The notes: generated by a model from the sequence alone, not told the origin. Shown: positions 9,033-17,490, numbered from the stretch's first letter. The stretch: 32,000 bases of DNA from Mycolicibacterium smegmatis (GCF_001457595.1 NZ_LN831039.1:2310001-2342000); one strand, 5' to 3'. Numbers and translations are program-made.

Positions 9033-10000
9033 CACGGGACGCCGTCACGCGCCGGGTCGGGTTCCTGGGTCTCGGGAACATGGGTCGTCCGATGGCGAGA
9101 CGGCTGGCCGCGTCGGCAACCCCGCTCACGGTCTACAACCGGACGACGGCCAAGTGCGCGGAATTCGCCGATCTAGGTTGCGAAGTCGCCGAGTCAGTGG
9201 CCCGGATGGGCCACTGCTCGGTGCTTCTCACCATGCTCGGAACCGACGATGACGTGGCGCAGGTGTACCTCGGCGATGACGGGCTCGTGGCCAACGCCCG
9301 TGCGGGTGCGGTGCTCGTCGACTGCTCGACCATCTCGCCCGACATGTCGGCGCGCGTGCGGGCGCGGTGTGACCGAGCGGGCGTGCACTTCTTGGCGGCG
9401 CCCGTCGCGGGAGGCCCGCCGGTCATCGAAAGTGGTGGCCTCGCAATGGCAGTCAGCGGTGACCGACAGGCCTTCGAACATGCCGCAGACGTTCTTCGCG
9501 TCGTCGCGCCCAATCTCATCTACGTGGGCCCGGGCGATACCAGTCGCCTGGTGAAGATCTGCCACAACCTCCTGGTCGCCGCGACTTTGGAAGTGCTGGG
9601 GGAGTTGTGTGTCCTCGCTGAATCCCATGGGGCGAGTCGTCAGGCTCTGCTGTCCTTCCTGCGCAGCACGGCGATCAGCAGCCGCTTCATCGAGTACAAG
9701 GCGCCACTGCTGGAATCCCTCGATTTCACACCGGCATTCACCAGCAGCCTCATGCAGAAGGATCTCGAGTTGGGCCTCGGGTTGGCGGGTCAGGCCGACG
9801 TGACGATGCCGGTGACCGCCCAGGTGCACGCGACGTACCGGGCCGCCAACGAGTCCGGGCTCGCCGAACTGGACGCCGCGGCGGTCTACCTGTACCTCGC
9901 CGGTTCTAACCCGCCTGAGCGAGCAGGTGGTGGCGACGACCGATCCGGTCGAAACGGCGGGCCCGCTCGGCCAGACGGCGCGCCGGATCCTCACCGGTGA
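9020..10000 (+). CDS. NAD(P)-dependent oxidoreductase, 3-hydroxyisobutyrate dehydrogenase / beta-hydroxyacid dehydrogenase family
   Basis: MAPVARDAVTRRVGFLGLGNMGRPMARRLAA, DCSTISPDM, APVAGGPPVIESGGLAMAVSGD, catalytic Lys block GPGDTSRLVKICHNLL. ATG at 9020 inside the larger track ORF 8684-10000. Confidence 0.88.
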   Translation: MAPVARDAVTRRVGFLGLGNMGRPMARRLAASATPLTVYNRTTAKCAEFADLGCEVAESVARMGHCSVLLTMLGTDDDVAQVYLGDDGLVANARAGAVLVDCSTISPDMSARVRARCDRAGVHFLAAPVAGGPPVIESGGLAMAVSGDRQAFEHAADVLRVVAPNLIYVGPGDTSRLVKICHNLLVAATLEVLGELCVLAESHGASRQALLSFLRSTAISSRFIEYKAPLLESLDFTPAFTSSLMQKDLELGLGLAGQADVTMPVTAQVHATYRAANESGLAELDAAAVYLYLAGSNPPERAGGGDDRSGRNGGPARPDGAPDPHR

Positions 10001-11414
10001 GCGCCCACAACTCCGCCTGTATGGCCGCACCCGTCCGGCGGCTGAACATCTCGGGTTCGCTTGCGGCGTCGGGATGCTCGGCGATGATGCGGTCGACGAG
10101 GCCGTGCTCGAACAGGTCTGTCGAGCGCACGCCTTGTTGTTCGGCCATCTCGGCGGCATGAGCGGTGTCGCGGTGCAGGATGGCGCTGGCACCCTCGGGC
10201 GGAAGAGGGGACAGCCAACCGTGCTGCGCGGCCAGGACACGATCGGCCGGCACCAGGGCCAGCGCGCCGCCGCCGGTGCCCTGACCGAGCAGCACCGACA
10301 CCGTCGGCACGGGAAGACTGACCATCTCGGCGATACACCGGGCGATCTCCCCGGCCAGGCCGCCCTCCTCGGCCTCCTTCGACAGTGCCGCCCCGGCGGT
10401 GTCGATGACGGTCACCAGGGGCAGGTCGAGGTCGGCGGCCAGGCGCATGCCGCGGCGCGCCTGTCGTAGCGCGCCGGGTCCGAGCGGTGTCTGCGGGGTC
10501 TGCCCGCGACGGTCCTGACCGAGCACCACACACGGCAGATGCCCGAACCGGGCCAGCGCGAGGAGCAGGCCGGGATCGGTTTCACCCTGCCCGGTTCCGC
10601 TGAGCGCGAGGACGTCACCGGCCGCGTGGTGCAGGAGTTCGCGCACACCGGGTCGGTCCTCGCGACGCGACGCGCACACCGACTGCCACGCGGGGACGTC
10701 GACGCCCACCGACACTTTCGCGGTGGCGGGTGCCTGCGTGGTCCGTCGCGCACGCATCATGACGCTCAGGGCCCGGTCGACCACCTCGGGCAACCGGTCG
10801 AGCGGCAGCACCCCGTCGATCAGCCCGCACGCCTCGAGGTTCTCGGCGGTCTGGACGCCTTCGGGGAACGGCGCGTCGTAGAGCGCCTGGTACACGCGCG
10901 GGCCGAGGAAGCCGATCATCGCGCCCGGTTCGGCAAAAGTGATGTGTCCCAACGATCCCCACGAGGCGAACACGCCACCTGTGGTGGGATGGCGCAGGTA
11001 CACCAGATAGGGCAGGTGCGCGGCCTTGTGGTCGACCACGGCCGCGGTGATCTTGACCATCTGCAGGAAGGCGGCCGCGCCCTCCTGCATGCGGGTGCCA
11101 CCCGAGGTGGGCAGCGCGAGCAGCGGCAGTTTCTCCGCGGTCGCGCGGCGGATCGCGGCGGTGAGCCGCTCGCCCGCGGCGATGCCGATCGATCCGCCGA
11201 GGAAGCGGAAGTCGCACGCAAGCAGGGCAATCCGGTGACCTTGTACGTAGGCTGCTCCGGTGATCACGGCCTCGTCGAGACCGGTGACAGCGCGTGCGTG
11301 CGCGAGGTCCCGCGCATAGACGGGATCGAGATCCTCATCGGTGACGGGGGAGTCCCATGAGGTCCACGAGCCGTGGTCGACCACCGTGGTGATCACCTCG
11401 TGCGCGGCGGTCAT
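9906..11414 (-). CDS. Acyl-CoA carboxylase carboxyltransferase, fused AccD+AccA type
   Basis: 502 aa from MTAAHEVITTVVDHG. Two crotonase-like halves: LPTSGGTRMQEG, TFAEPGAMIGFLGPRV, then DTAGAALSKEAEEGGLAGEIARC, GGGALALVPADRV. Confidence 0.85.
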   Translation of the reverse strand: MTAAHEVITTVVDHGSWTSWDSPVTDEDLDPVYARDLAHARAVTGLDEAVITGAAYVQGHRIALLACDFRFLGGSIGIAAGERLTAAIRRATAEKLPLLALPTSGGTRMQEGAAAFLQMVKITAAVVDHKAAHLPYLVYLRHPTTGGVFASWGSLGHITFAEPGAMIGFLGPRVYQALYDAPFPEGVQTAENLEACGLIDGVLPLDRLPEVVDRALSVMMRARRTTQAPATAKVSVGVDVPAWQSVCASRREDRPGVRELLHHAAGDVLALSGTGQGETDPGLLLALARFGHLPCVVLGQDRRGQTPQTPLGPGALRQARRGMRLAADLDLPLVTVIDTAGAALSKEAEEGGLAGEIARCIAEMVSLPVPTVSVLLGQGTGGGALALVPADRVLAAQHGWLSPLPPEGASAILHRDTAHAAEMAEQQGVRSTDLFEHGLVDRIIAEHPDAASEPEMFSRRTGAAIQAELWALTGEDPARRLAERARRFDRIGRRHHLLAQAG

Positions 11415-12631
11415 CGCCGTCCTGCCGTGAGCTCGTCGATCAGGTGGTTGTCGGCGCCCAGCACGGGCGGGGCACTGTGGTCCCGTCGCGTGCGCTCGGG
11501 ACCCGCGACATCGAAGAAGCGCAGCGGCGGCCCGGGCAGGGTGATCTTGCCCAGGGTTGCGTGGTCGACGTCGATGAGCAGTCCCTGTGACCGGGTCTGC
11601 TCCCATTCGTAGACCTCCCGCAGATTCCGGATCCGCCCGGCGGGTACCCCGATCTGGTCGAGGATGCCGAGCAGTTCGTCGGTGGAGTACAGCGAGAACA
11701 CGTTCTGGACAAGGTCGTTGACGCGTTTCTGGTTGGCGACGCGCTCGGGGTTGGTCGCCATGCCGGGCGCGTGGGCGTCGAGGTGGAAGCCGTCACAGAA
11801 GCGTTTCCACAGGCCTTCGCTGCCGACGGCGATCTGTACGGCACCGTCGGCGGTGTCGAACAAGCCGTACGGGCAGATCGACGGATGATGGTTGCCGGTC
11901 GCCTCGCCGATCTGACCGGCGACGGTCCACTTGGTGCCCTGGAAGGCGTGTACGCCCACCACGGCCGCCAGCAGCGACGCGCGGACCACCTGACCCCGTC
12001 CTGTGCGGGCGCGTTCGTTGAGGGCCGCCAGGACACCGAAGGCGCCGTACATGCCCGCCAGCAGGTCGGCGATCGGCACCCCGACGCGTTGCAGGTCATG
12101 GGGATTGGCTCCGGTCAGTGACATCAGGCCCGCCTCGCCCTGGGCGATCTGGTCGTACCCGGCGCGGCCGGCCTCGGGGCCGTCGTGCCCGAATCCGCTG
12201 ATCGACAGGATGATCAGGCGCGGGTTGAGTTCCTGCAGCACTTCTTCGGAGAAGCCGAGCCGGTCGAGCACGCCGGGGCGGAAGTTCTCCATGAGGACGT
12301 CGGCGCGGCGCAGCAGTTCGGTCAGCGCGTCGCGACCCAAGGGGCTCTTCAGGTCGAGCGTGACGGACTTCTTGTTGCGGTTGGCGCTCAGGAAGTAGGT
12401 CGATTCCCGTTCTGCCCCGGTGGGTTCGATGAACGGTGGCCCCCAGCCGCGGGTGTCGTCACCGCCAACGGGACTCTCGACCTTGATGACGTCGGCGCCG
12501 AGATCGCCCAGCATCATCGCGGCGTGCGGGCCTGCGAGTGCGCGGGTCAGATCGACGACCGTGAGGTCGGCCAAGGGGCCGGCCGACAACGCCAACTGTG
12601 GTCCGTCGCTCGGGTGGATGGTGTCCGTCAT
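11411..12631 (-). CDS. CaiB/BaiF family (type III) CoA-transferase
   Basis: 406 aa. LTVVDLTRALAGPHAAMMLGDLGADVIKVESP, LLRRADVLMENFRPGVLDRLG, ISGFGHDGP. Overlaps the downstream carboxyltransferase start by 4 nt (ATGA). Confidence 0.93.
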   Translation of the reverse strand: MTDTIHPSDGPQLALSAGPLADLTVVDLTRALAGPHAAMMLGDLGADVIKVESPVGGDDTRGWGPPFIEPTGAERESTYFLSANRNKKSVTLDLKSPLGRDALTELLRRADVLMENFRPGVLDRLGFSEEVLQELNPRLIILSISGFGHDGPEAGRAGYDQIAQGEAGLMSLTGANPHDLQRVGVPIADLLAGMYGAFGVLAALNERARTGRGQVVRASLLAAVVGVHAFQGTKWTVAGQIGEATGNHHPSICPYGLFDTADGAVQIAVGSEGLWKRFCDGFHLDAHAPGMATNPERVANQKRVNDLVQNVFSLYSTDELLGILDQIGVPAGRIRNLREVYEWEQTRSQGLLIDVDHATLGKITLPGPPLRFFDVAGPERTRRDHSAPPVLGADNHLIDELTAGRR

Positions 12632-12665
12632 GGGGGCCTCCCTGAATCGGTCTGGCTCGGAGATC

Positions 12666-12689
12666 TAGTGGCTGAGTGGACTAGCCACT
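12666..12689. promoter_or_regulatory. Operator repeats upstream of the CoA-transferase operon
   Basis: TAGTGGCTGAGTGGACTAGCCACT: AGTGGCT...AGCCACT inverted half-sites, same family as the other sites. Confidence 0.65.
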
Positions 12690-12795
12690 TCAGCACAACA
12701 CCGGATGTCACTGAAGTCAACGGGTGGCCCGGAAAAATGAGGTGACTTGAGCCACAAGGAAATTTGGCCTCAACTCGCGCGTGATACGACGAATG

Positions 12796-12819
12796 CCCGA
12801 GGCGGGATTCCGCCTCGGG
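12796..12819 (-). terminator. Strong hairpin downstream of the transporter gene (minus strand), no clear U-tract
   Basis: CCCGAGGCGG-GATT-CCGCCTCGGG, perfect 10-bp stem with 4-nt loop, 20 nt past the transporter stop. Confidence 0.65.
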
Positions 12820-12839
12820 TCGATTCGCCTATGGGGTGG

Positions 12840-14240
12840 TTACAGCCAGCCGGGCAGGACCAGCGCCGCCCAGGCCACGAGCGGTCCGATCGCGATCACC
12901 AGGCCGCTGTATTTGAGGATCTGCCGGTAGAACACGTCGCGGTCGACCCCCTGGGCGTTCGCGAGCACCAGCGCGCCGTTGGTCGAGAACGGGCTGACGT
13001 CGACGATGGTCGAGGCGATCGCGAGTGCGACGACCACCCCGATCGGTCCGATGTCACCGGCCAGCAGCAGCGGAACCGCAAGGGGGATGGTGGCTCCCAG
13101 GATCGCGGTCGAGGATGCGAACGCCGAGACGATCCCGCCGAGGTAGCACAGCAGCAGCGCCACCAGAAGCGGCATGCCGAGCTTCGCAACGCCGTTGCCG
13201 ACCCATTCGACCGTGCCGGCCTCCTGCAGGACGCCCACGAAGGTGAGCACGCCGCCGATCAGCAGCACCGTGGACCAGCTGATCTGCGACACCGCGCCCT
13301 TTTGGGCCTTGGGCGAGGCGAGGGCCAGCACCGCGGCCACGGTCATCGCGACGAAGCCGACGTCGAGGTCGAGGATCAGCGAGAACAGCCCGAGCGCGCC
13401 GAGGCCGATGAGCGTGAGGATCTGGTCGAAGGATGCCGCGCGTCGGGGCAGGGGGCTGGTTGGCGTGTTCGGCGGTGCGGTCAGCGTGGCCGCCGAGGCC
13501 TGCGTGCCGTGGCCGGAGAAAACCGGGCTGCCCCCGCCCGACGGTGCGGAGCCACCACCGCCCGTGGAGCCTCCCGGGCCTCCGGTGCCGTCGGCCTCGA
13601 TCGCGCCGTCACCTTCGAAGCTCGCGGTGGTCTGCCCGAGCAGTTTGCGGCCGCCCAGGAAGATGAACAGCAGAACGCCGATGGCGGCGTTGAAGAAGAA
13701 GCTGCCGAGGAACAGCGCCAGCGGGCTGTTGAGTAGGCCGGCCTTGGCGACGATGTTGTTGACGGTGACGCCGTAGATGCTGATGGGGGAGAACCCGCCG
13801 GCCTGGGCGCCGTGGATGACCATCATGCCCATCAGCAGGGCGTTGATGCGGTATTTGCGGGCGAAGGTCAGCGCGATCGGCGCGATGATGGCGACCGCGG
13901 CGGGTCCGAGGGCGCCCAGTGCGGTCAGCACCGCGGTGATGCCGAACATCACCCACGGTATGAAGGCCACACGGCCTCTGACCAGGCGTAACGCGCCGCG
14001 GACCATGAGGTCCACGGTGCCGTTGTTCTGCGCTATGGCAAACAGATAGGTGACGCCGACCAGCGTCAGGAACAAATCGCTGGGAAACCCGGCGATGATG
14101 TCGTCGGTATCCATACCGACGGCGATCGTGCCGACGAGGAAGGCGGCGACGAAGCCCAGCGTGCCCATGTTGATGGGGAGCAGCGTCGCCGCTGCGAACA
14201 TCGCGATGAGGGCAAGAATCGGGATCAGTTCGAGCGGCAT
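12840..14240 (-). CDS. SLC13/MatC-like (dicarboxylate/malonate-type) membrane permease
   Basis: 466 aa from MPLELIPILALIAMFAAATLLPINMGTLGFVAAFLVG. Many TM segments in two halves, with MatC-like N-terminal block IHGAQAGGFSPISIYGVTVNNIV. Confidence 0.82.
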   Translation of the reverse strand: MPLELIPILALIAMFAAATLLPINMGTLGFVAAFLVGTIAVGMDTDDIIAGFPSDLFLTLVGVTYLFAIAQNNGTVDLMVRGALRLVRGRVAFIPWVMFGITAVLTALGALGPAAVAIIAPIALTFARKYRINALLMGMMVIHGAQAGGFSPISIYGVTVNNIVAKAGLLNSPLALFLGSFFFNAAIGVLLFIFLGGRKLLGQTTASFEGDGAIEADGTGGPGGSTGGGGSAPSGGGSPVFSGHGTQASAATLTAPPNTPTSPLPRRAASFDQILTLIGLGALGLFSLILDLDVGFVAMTVAAVLALASPKAQKGAVSQISWSTVLLIGGVLTFVGVLQEAGTVEWVGNGVAKLGMPLLVALLLCYLGGIVSAFASSTAILGATIPLAVPLLLAGDIGPIGVVVALAIASTIVDVSPFSTNGALVLANAQGVDRDVFYRQILKYSGLVIAIGPLVAWAALVLPGWL

Positions 14241-14281
14241 CGGGAACTCCGAACGTCGTGCGAGCGGTGAACCAGTGGAGC

Positions 14282-14296
14282 ACTGGCCTAGCCAGT
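14282..14296. promoter_or_regulatory. Operator upstream of the transporter gene
   Basis: ACTGGCCTAGCCAGT palindrome flanked by CCAGTGG direct repeats at 14272-14278 and 14300-14306. Confidence 0.6.
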
Positions 14297-14386
14297 ACAC
14301 CAGTGGGACGAATCACTGTCAATAGGCGGGTGTGAGCCGTCCTACTCATCCTGTCACTGGTCGGCGGGTATTGTTTGGTTCAGAGA

Positions 14387-15091
14387 GTGGGTGAGCTAGT
14401 GGCTGAGCAACTGAGACCAGTAACGCGTCCGCGGCTCTACGAGGTCATCGTCGAGCAGTTGTGCGCATACATCTACAGCAATGAGATGGAGCCGGGGGAT
14501 CGGCTGCCCGCCGAGCGTGACCTGGCGGCCAAGCTGGGGGTGAGCCGTGCGTCGCTCAGCCAGGCGCTCGTGGCCCTCGAGGTGCAGGGCGTGCTGTCGG
14601 TACGGCACGGCGACGGCGCGATCCTCATCCGCAGGCCCACCGAGGAGGGCTCCATCCGGGCCCTGCGTGAGCACGCCGACCGTATCCCCGACATCATCGA
14701 GGCCCGCGAGGCACTCGAGGTCAAGCTCGCCGAACTCGCGGCGGCGCGGCGCACCGACGCCGAGATGGCGGCGATCGACGCGGCCATCGCGACGATGGAA
14801 AAGGAAGTCGAAGCCGGCGAACGCGGCGTCATGGGCGACGAAATGTTCCACGAGGCAATCACATCCGCGGCGCATTCGTCGTTGCTGGCCAAGCTCATGC
14901 ACGAGATCGCGGGGTTGATCCGGGAAACGCGGATCGAGTCGCTGTCGCAGGAGAACCGGCCGCGCGCGTCGCTGGAAGGCCATCGGCGTATCGCCGACGC
15001 GATCCGCAAGCAGGATTCGCAGGCCGCGGCACAGGCCATGGCCGAGCACATCCGCATGGTGTCCGACGTGGCGCTGCTGCGCGAGGGCTGA
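14387..15091 (+). CDS. GntR family (FadR/FCD subgroup) transcriptional regulator; start uncertain (14375, 14387 or 14399)
   Basis: LYEVIVEQLCAYIYSNEMEPGDRLPAERDLAAKLGVSRASLSQALVALEVQGVLSVRHGDGAIL, followed by an FCD-like helical domain. Confidence 0.87.
   Translation: MGELVAEQLRPVTRPRLYEVIVEQLCAYIYSNEMEPGDRLPAERDLAAKLGVSRASLSQALVALEVQGVLSVRHGDGAILIRRPTEEGSIRALREHADRIPDIIEAREALEVKLAELAAARRTDAEMAAIDAAIATMEKEVEAGERGVMGDEMFHEAITSAAHSSLLAKLMHEIAGLIRETRIESLSQENRPRASLEGHRRIADAIRKQDSQAAAQAMAEHIRMVSDVALLREG
14398..14412. promoter_or_regulatory. Operator overlapping the probable start region of the second GntR gene
   Basis: AGTGGCTGAGCAACT imperfect palindrome, same core as the other sites, suggesting autoregulation. 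Confidence 0.55.
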
Positions 15092-15173
15092 GCCTCGATC
15101 GGTCGGATCTGCGACGATTCGTCGCGCCGCCGAGTGCGGCGTACTCTTGCTCTTTCACCATACCGCCGGGACG

Positions 15174-15192
15174 GGGTCTTGCGGCAAGACCG
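15174..15192. promoter_or_regulatory. Rifamycin-associated element (RAE)-like palindrome upstream of helD/helR
   Basis: GGGTCTTGCGGCAAGACCG matches the published RAE consensus (GGGGCTTGCGGCAAGGCCC, from memory) at 16 of 19 positions, with an intact CTTGCGGCAAG core. Confidence 0.7.
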
Positions 15193-15246
15193 GGGTGGTG
15201 GTGCAAAATCGCTGGCCCAAGCCAGAACTCGAAGATGTGAGGGTAC

Positions 15247-17457
15247 GTGTCAGGTCGGGACTACGAGGACGAACTGCAGTCCGAGCGCGAGTACGTCGCC
15301 GGGCTCTACGCGCGGCTGGACGCCGAGCGGACGCAGTCACAGCGCAGGTACGCCGCCGCGCTGCGCGAGCACGGTGGCACTGCCGTGGAACGCGACGCCG
15401 AGGTCCGGGCGCTGGCCAAGGACATCGCCCGGCTCAACGTCGCCGACAACGGATTGTGCTTCGGCCGGTTGGACACGCTCGACGACGAGCGGCTCTACAT
15501 CGGACGTCTCGGCATCTTCGACCGTGACAACGACTTCGAGCCGCTGCTGCTCGACTGGCGCGCCCCGATGGCGCGCCCGTTCTACGTCGCGACGGCAGCG
15601 AACCCGGAGAACATGCGGCGCCGCCGCCAATTTCACACCCTGGGCCGCAAGGTGGTCGACTTCACCGACGAGATCCTCGGACGGCCGACGGGCTCCGAGC
15701 ACGACGCCACCAACGACGCCGCGCTGCTCGCGGCCGTCAACGCTCCGCGCGGCGAGGGCATGCGCGACATCGTCGCGACCATCCAGGCCGAGCAGGACGA
15801 GGTCATCCGCCTCGACCACACCGGCGTGCTGGTGATCGAGGGCGGCCCGGGCACCGGCAAGACCGTGGTGGCGCTGCACCGCGTGGCGTATCTGCTCTAC
15901 ACCTACCGCAAGCAGATGGAGCGCCACGGTGTGCTCGTGGTGGGGCCCACCCCCGCGTTCCTCAACCACATCGGCCGGGTGCTGCCGTCGCTGGGTGAAT
16001 CGGACGCGGTGTTCATGACGCCCGGCGACTTCGTACCCGGCCTGCACGTCACCGCTGAGGACACGCCCGAGGCGGCCGAGGTCAAGGGCTCGCTGAAGAT
16101 CCTCGACGTGCTCAAGGCCGCTGTGGCCGACCGGCAGGAACTGCCGTCCGAGCCGATCCCGATCGATCTGTCCGACGTCACGATGCGCATCGACGCGGAG
16201 ACCGCGAAATGGGCCCGCGACGAGGCCCGCAAGACCGGCCTGCCGCACAACGAGGCCCGTGCCGAGTTCGTCGACGTCGTCACCTATGTGGTGACCGAGC
16301 GGGCGGTGGCCCGTATCGGGCGGGGCTGGCTGACGCGCGACGACAAGCACGCGTGGGAGAAGATGCGCGCCGACGTCGTCGGAGAGCTTGAGGACCACGA
16401 GCAGTTCAATGCCGCACTCGACGCGCTGTGGCCGATCCTCACGCCGGAAGACGTTCTCGCGCAGCTCTATACGTCGCACGAACGGCTGCGCGCGGCCGGG
16501 GCGCCCGAGTGCCTGTGGCGCGCCGACGGCGAGGCGTGGACGGTGTCCGACGTCCCACTGCTCGACGAACTGGTCGACCTGTTGGGGCGCAACAAGGCCG
16601 CCGACGAGGCCGCCGAGCGTGAGCGCCGCGAAGAAGAGGCCTACGCCGCGGGCGTGCTGGACCTCATGGTCGACCGCGAGGACCTCATGGACGACGAGGA
16701 TCACCTGCTGGCACAGGACCTCATCGACGCCGAGGAACTGGCCGACCGCTTCAAGGAGCAGGACAACCGCGAGCTCAGTGAGCGCGCGGCCGCCGACCGC
16801 GAGTGGACCTACGGCCACGTCGTGGTCGACGAGGCGCAGGAACTCTCCGAGATGGACTGGCGACTGCTGATGCGGCGCTGCCCACGGCGCTCGTTCACCA
16901 TCGTGGGAGACCTGGCGCAGCGACGGTCACCCGCCGGTGCCCGGTCGTGGGGTGCCATGCTCGATTCGTACGTGCCGGGCCGCTGGGTCTACAAGTCGCT
17001 TTCGGTGAACTACCGCACGCCCGCCGAGATCATGGCCGTCGCGGCTGCCGTGCTCGCCGAGTTCGCGCCGGACGCCACGCCGCCGGACTCGGTGCGCGCG
17101 TGCGGTGTGGCGCCGTGGGCGCGGCAGGTCACCGACGACGACATCACCTCGGCCATCGCCGAATTCGTCAGCGAGGAAGCCGGGCGGGAGGGCACCAGCG
17201 TGGTCATCGGGCCACCGGATGTGCCGGGAACCGTGCCGCCGTCGGAAACCAAGGGCCTGGAATTCGACGCGGTCCTGGTGGTCGAACCCGAACAGATCCT
17301 CGCCGACGGGCCGCGCGGCGCGGCCGAACTCTACGTCGCGCTCACGCGCGCCACCCAGCGCCTCGGCGTGCTGTACCGGGATGCGTTGCCGCAGGCGCTC
17401 GCCGGGCTGGCAGAGGGCGAGGCCGCCGCGACGGTCGAGCAGCGCACGTCGGCATAG
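15247..17457 (+). CDS. helD: HelD/HelR-like UvrD-family helicase, RNA polymerase-associated motor
   Basis: 736 aa, GTG start. N-terminal coiled coil (YEDELQSEREYVAGLYARLD), Walker A GGPGTGKTVVALHRVAYLLYTYR, VVVDEAQELSEMDW, TSVVIGPPD...ETKGLEFDAVLVVEPE, YVALTRATQRLGVLY. Confidence 0.92.
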   Translation: MSGRDYEDELQSEREYVAGLYARLDAERTQSQRRYAAALREHGGTAVERDAEVRALAKDIARLNVADNGLCFGRLDTLDDERLYIGRLGIFDRDNDFEPLLLDWRAPMARPFYVATAANPENMRRRRQFHTLGRKVVDFTDEILGRPTGSEHDATNDAALLAAVNAPRGEGMRDIVATIQAEQDEVIRLDHTGVLVIEGGPGTGKTVVALHRVAYLLYTYRKQMERHGVLVVGPTPAFLNHIGRVLPSLGESDAVFMTPGDFVPGLHVTAEDTPEAAEVKGSLKILDVLKAAVADRQELPSEPIPIDLSDVTMRIDAETAKWARDEARKTGLPHNEARAEFVDVVTYVVTERAVARIGRGWLTRDDKHAWEKMRADVVGELEDHEQFNAALDALWPILTPEDVLAQLYTSHERLRAAGAPECLWRADGEAWTVSDVPLLDELVDLLGRNKAADEAAERERREEEAYAAGVLDLMVDREDLMDDEDHLLAQDLIDAEELADRFKEQDNRELSERAAADREWTYGHVVVDEAQELSEMDWRLLMRRCPRRSFTIVGDLAQRRSPAGARSWGAMLDSYVPGRWVYKSLSVNYRTPAEIMAVAAAVLAEFAPDATPPDSVRACGVAPWARQVTDDDITSAIAEFVSEEAGREGTSVVIGPPDVPGTVPPSETKGLEFDAVLVVEPEQILADGPRGAAELYVALTRATQRLGVLYRDALPQALAGLAEGEAAATVEQRTSA

Positions 17458-17490
17458 CTCGGCTCGCACACGCCTGGCTAGTCTCGTGGC

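Noticed and set aside
12747-13736. 329-aa plus-strand ORF opposite the permease
   Set aside because: Charged, repetitive DRxHG/EQ-rich antisense translation of TM segments; the minus strand encodes the transporter.
15178-15188. Interpreting the CTTGCGGCAAG hairpin upstream of helD as an intrinsic terminator
   Set aside because: Short stem with 3-nt loop and no T-run, and it matches the RAE core better; kept as a regulatory site.
15337-16818. 493-aa minus-strand ORF opposite helD
   Set aside because: Antisense frame of a well-supported helicase; no own motifs.
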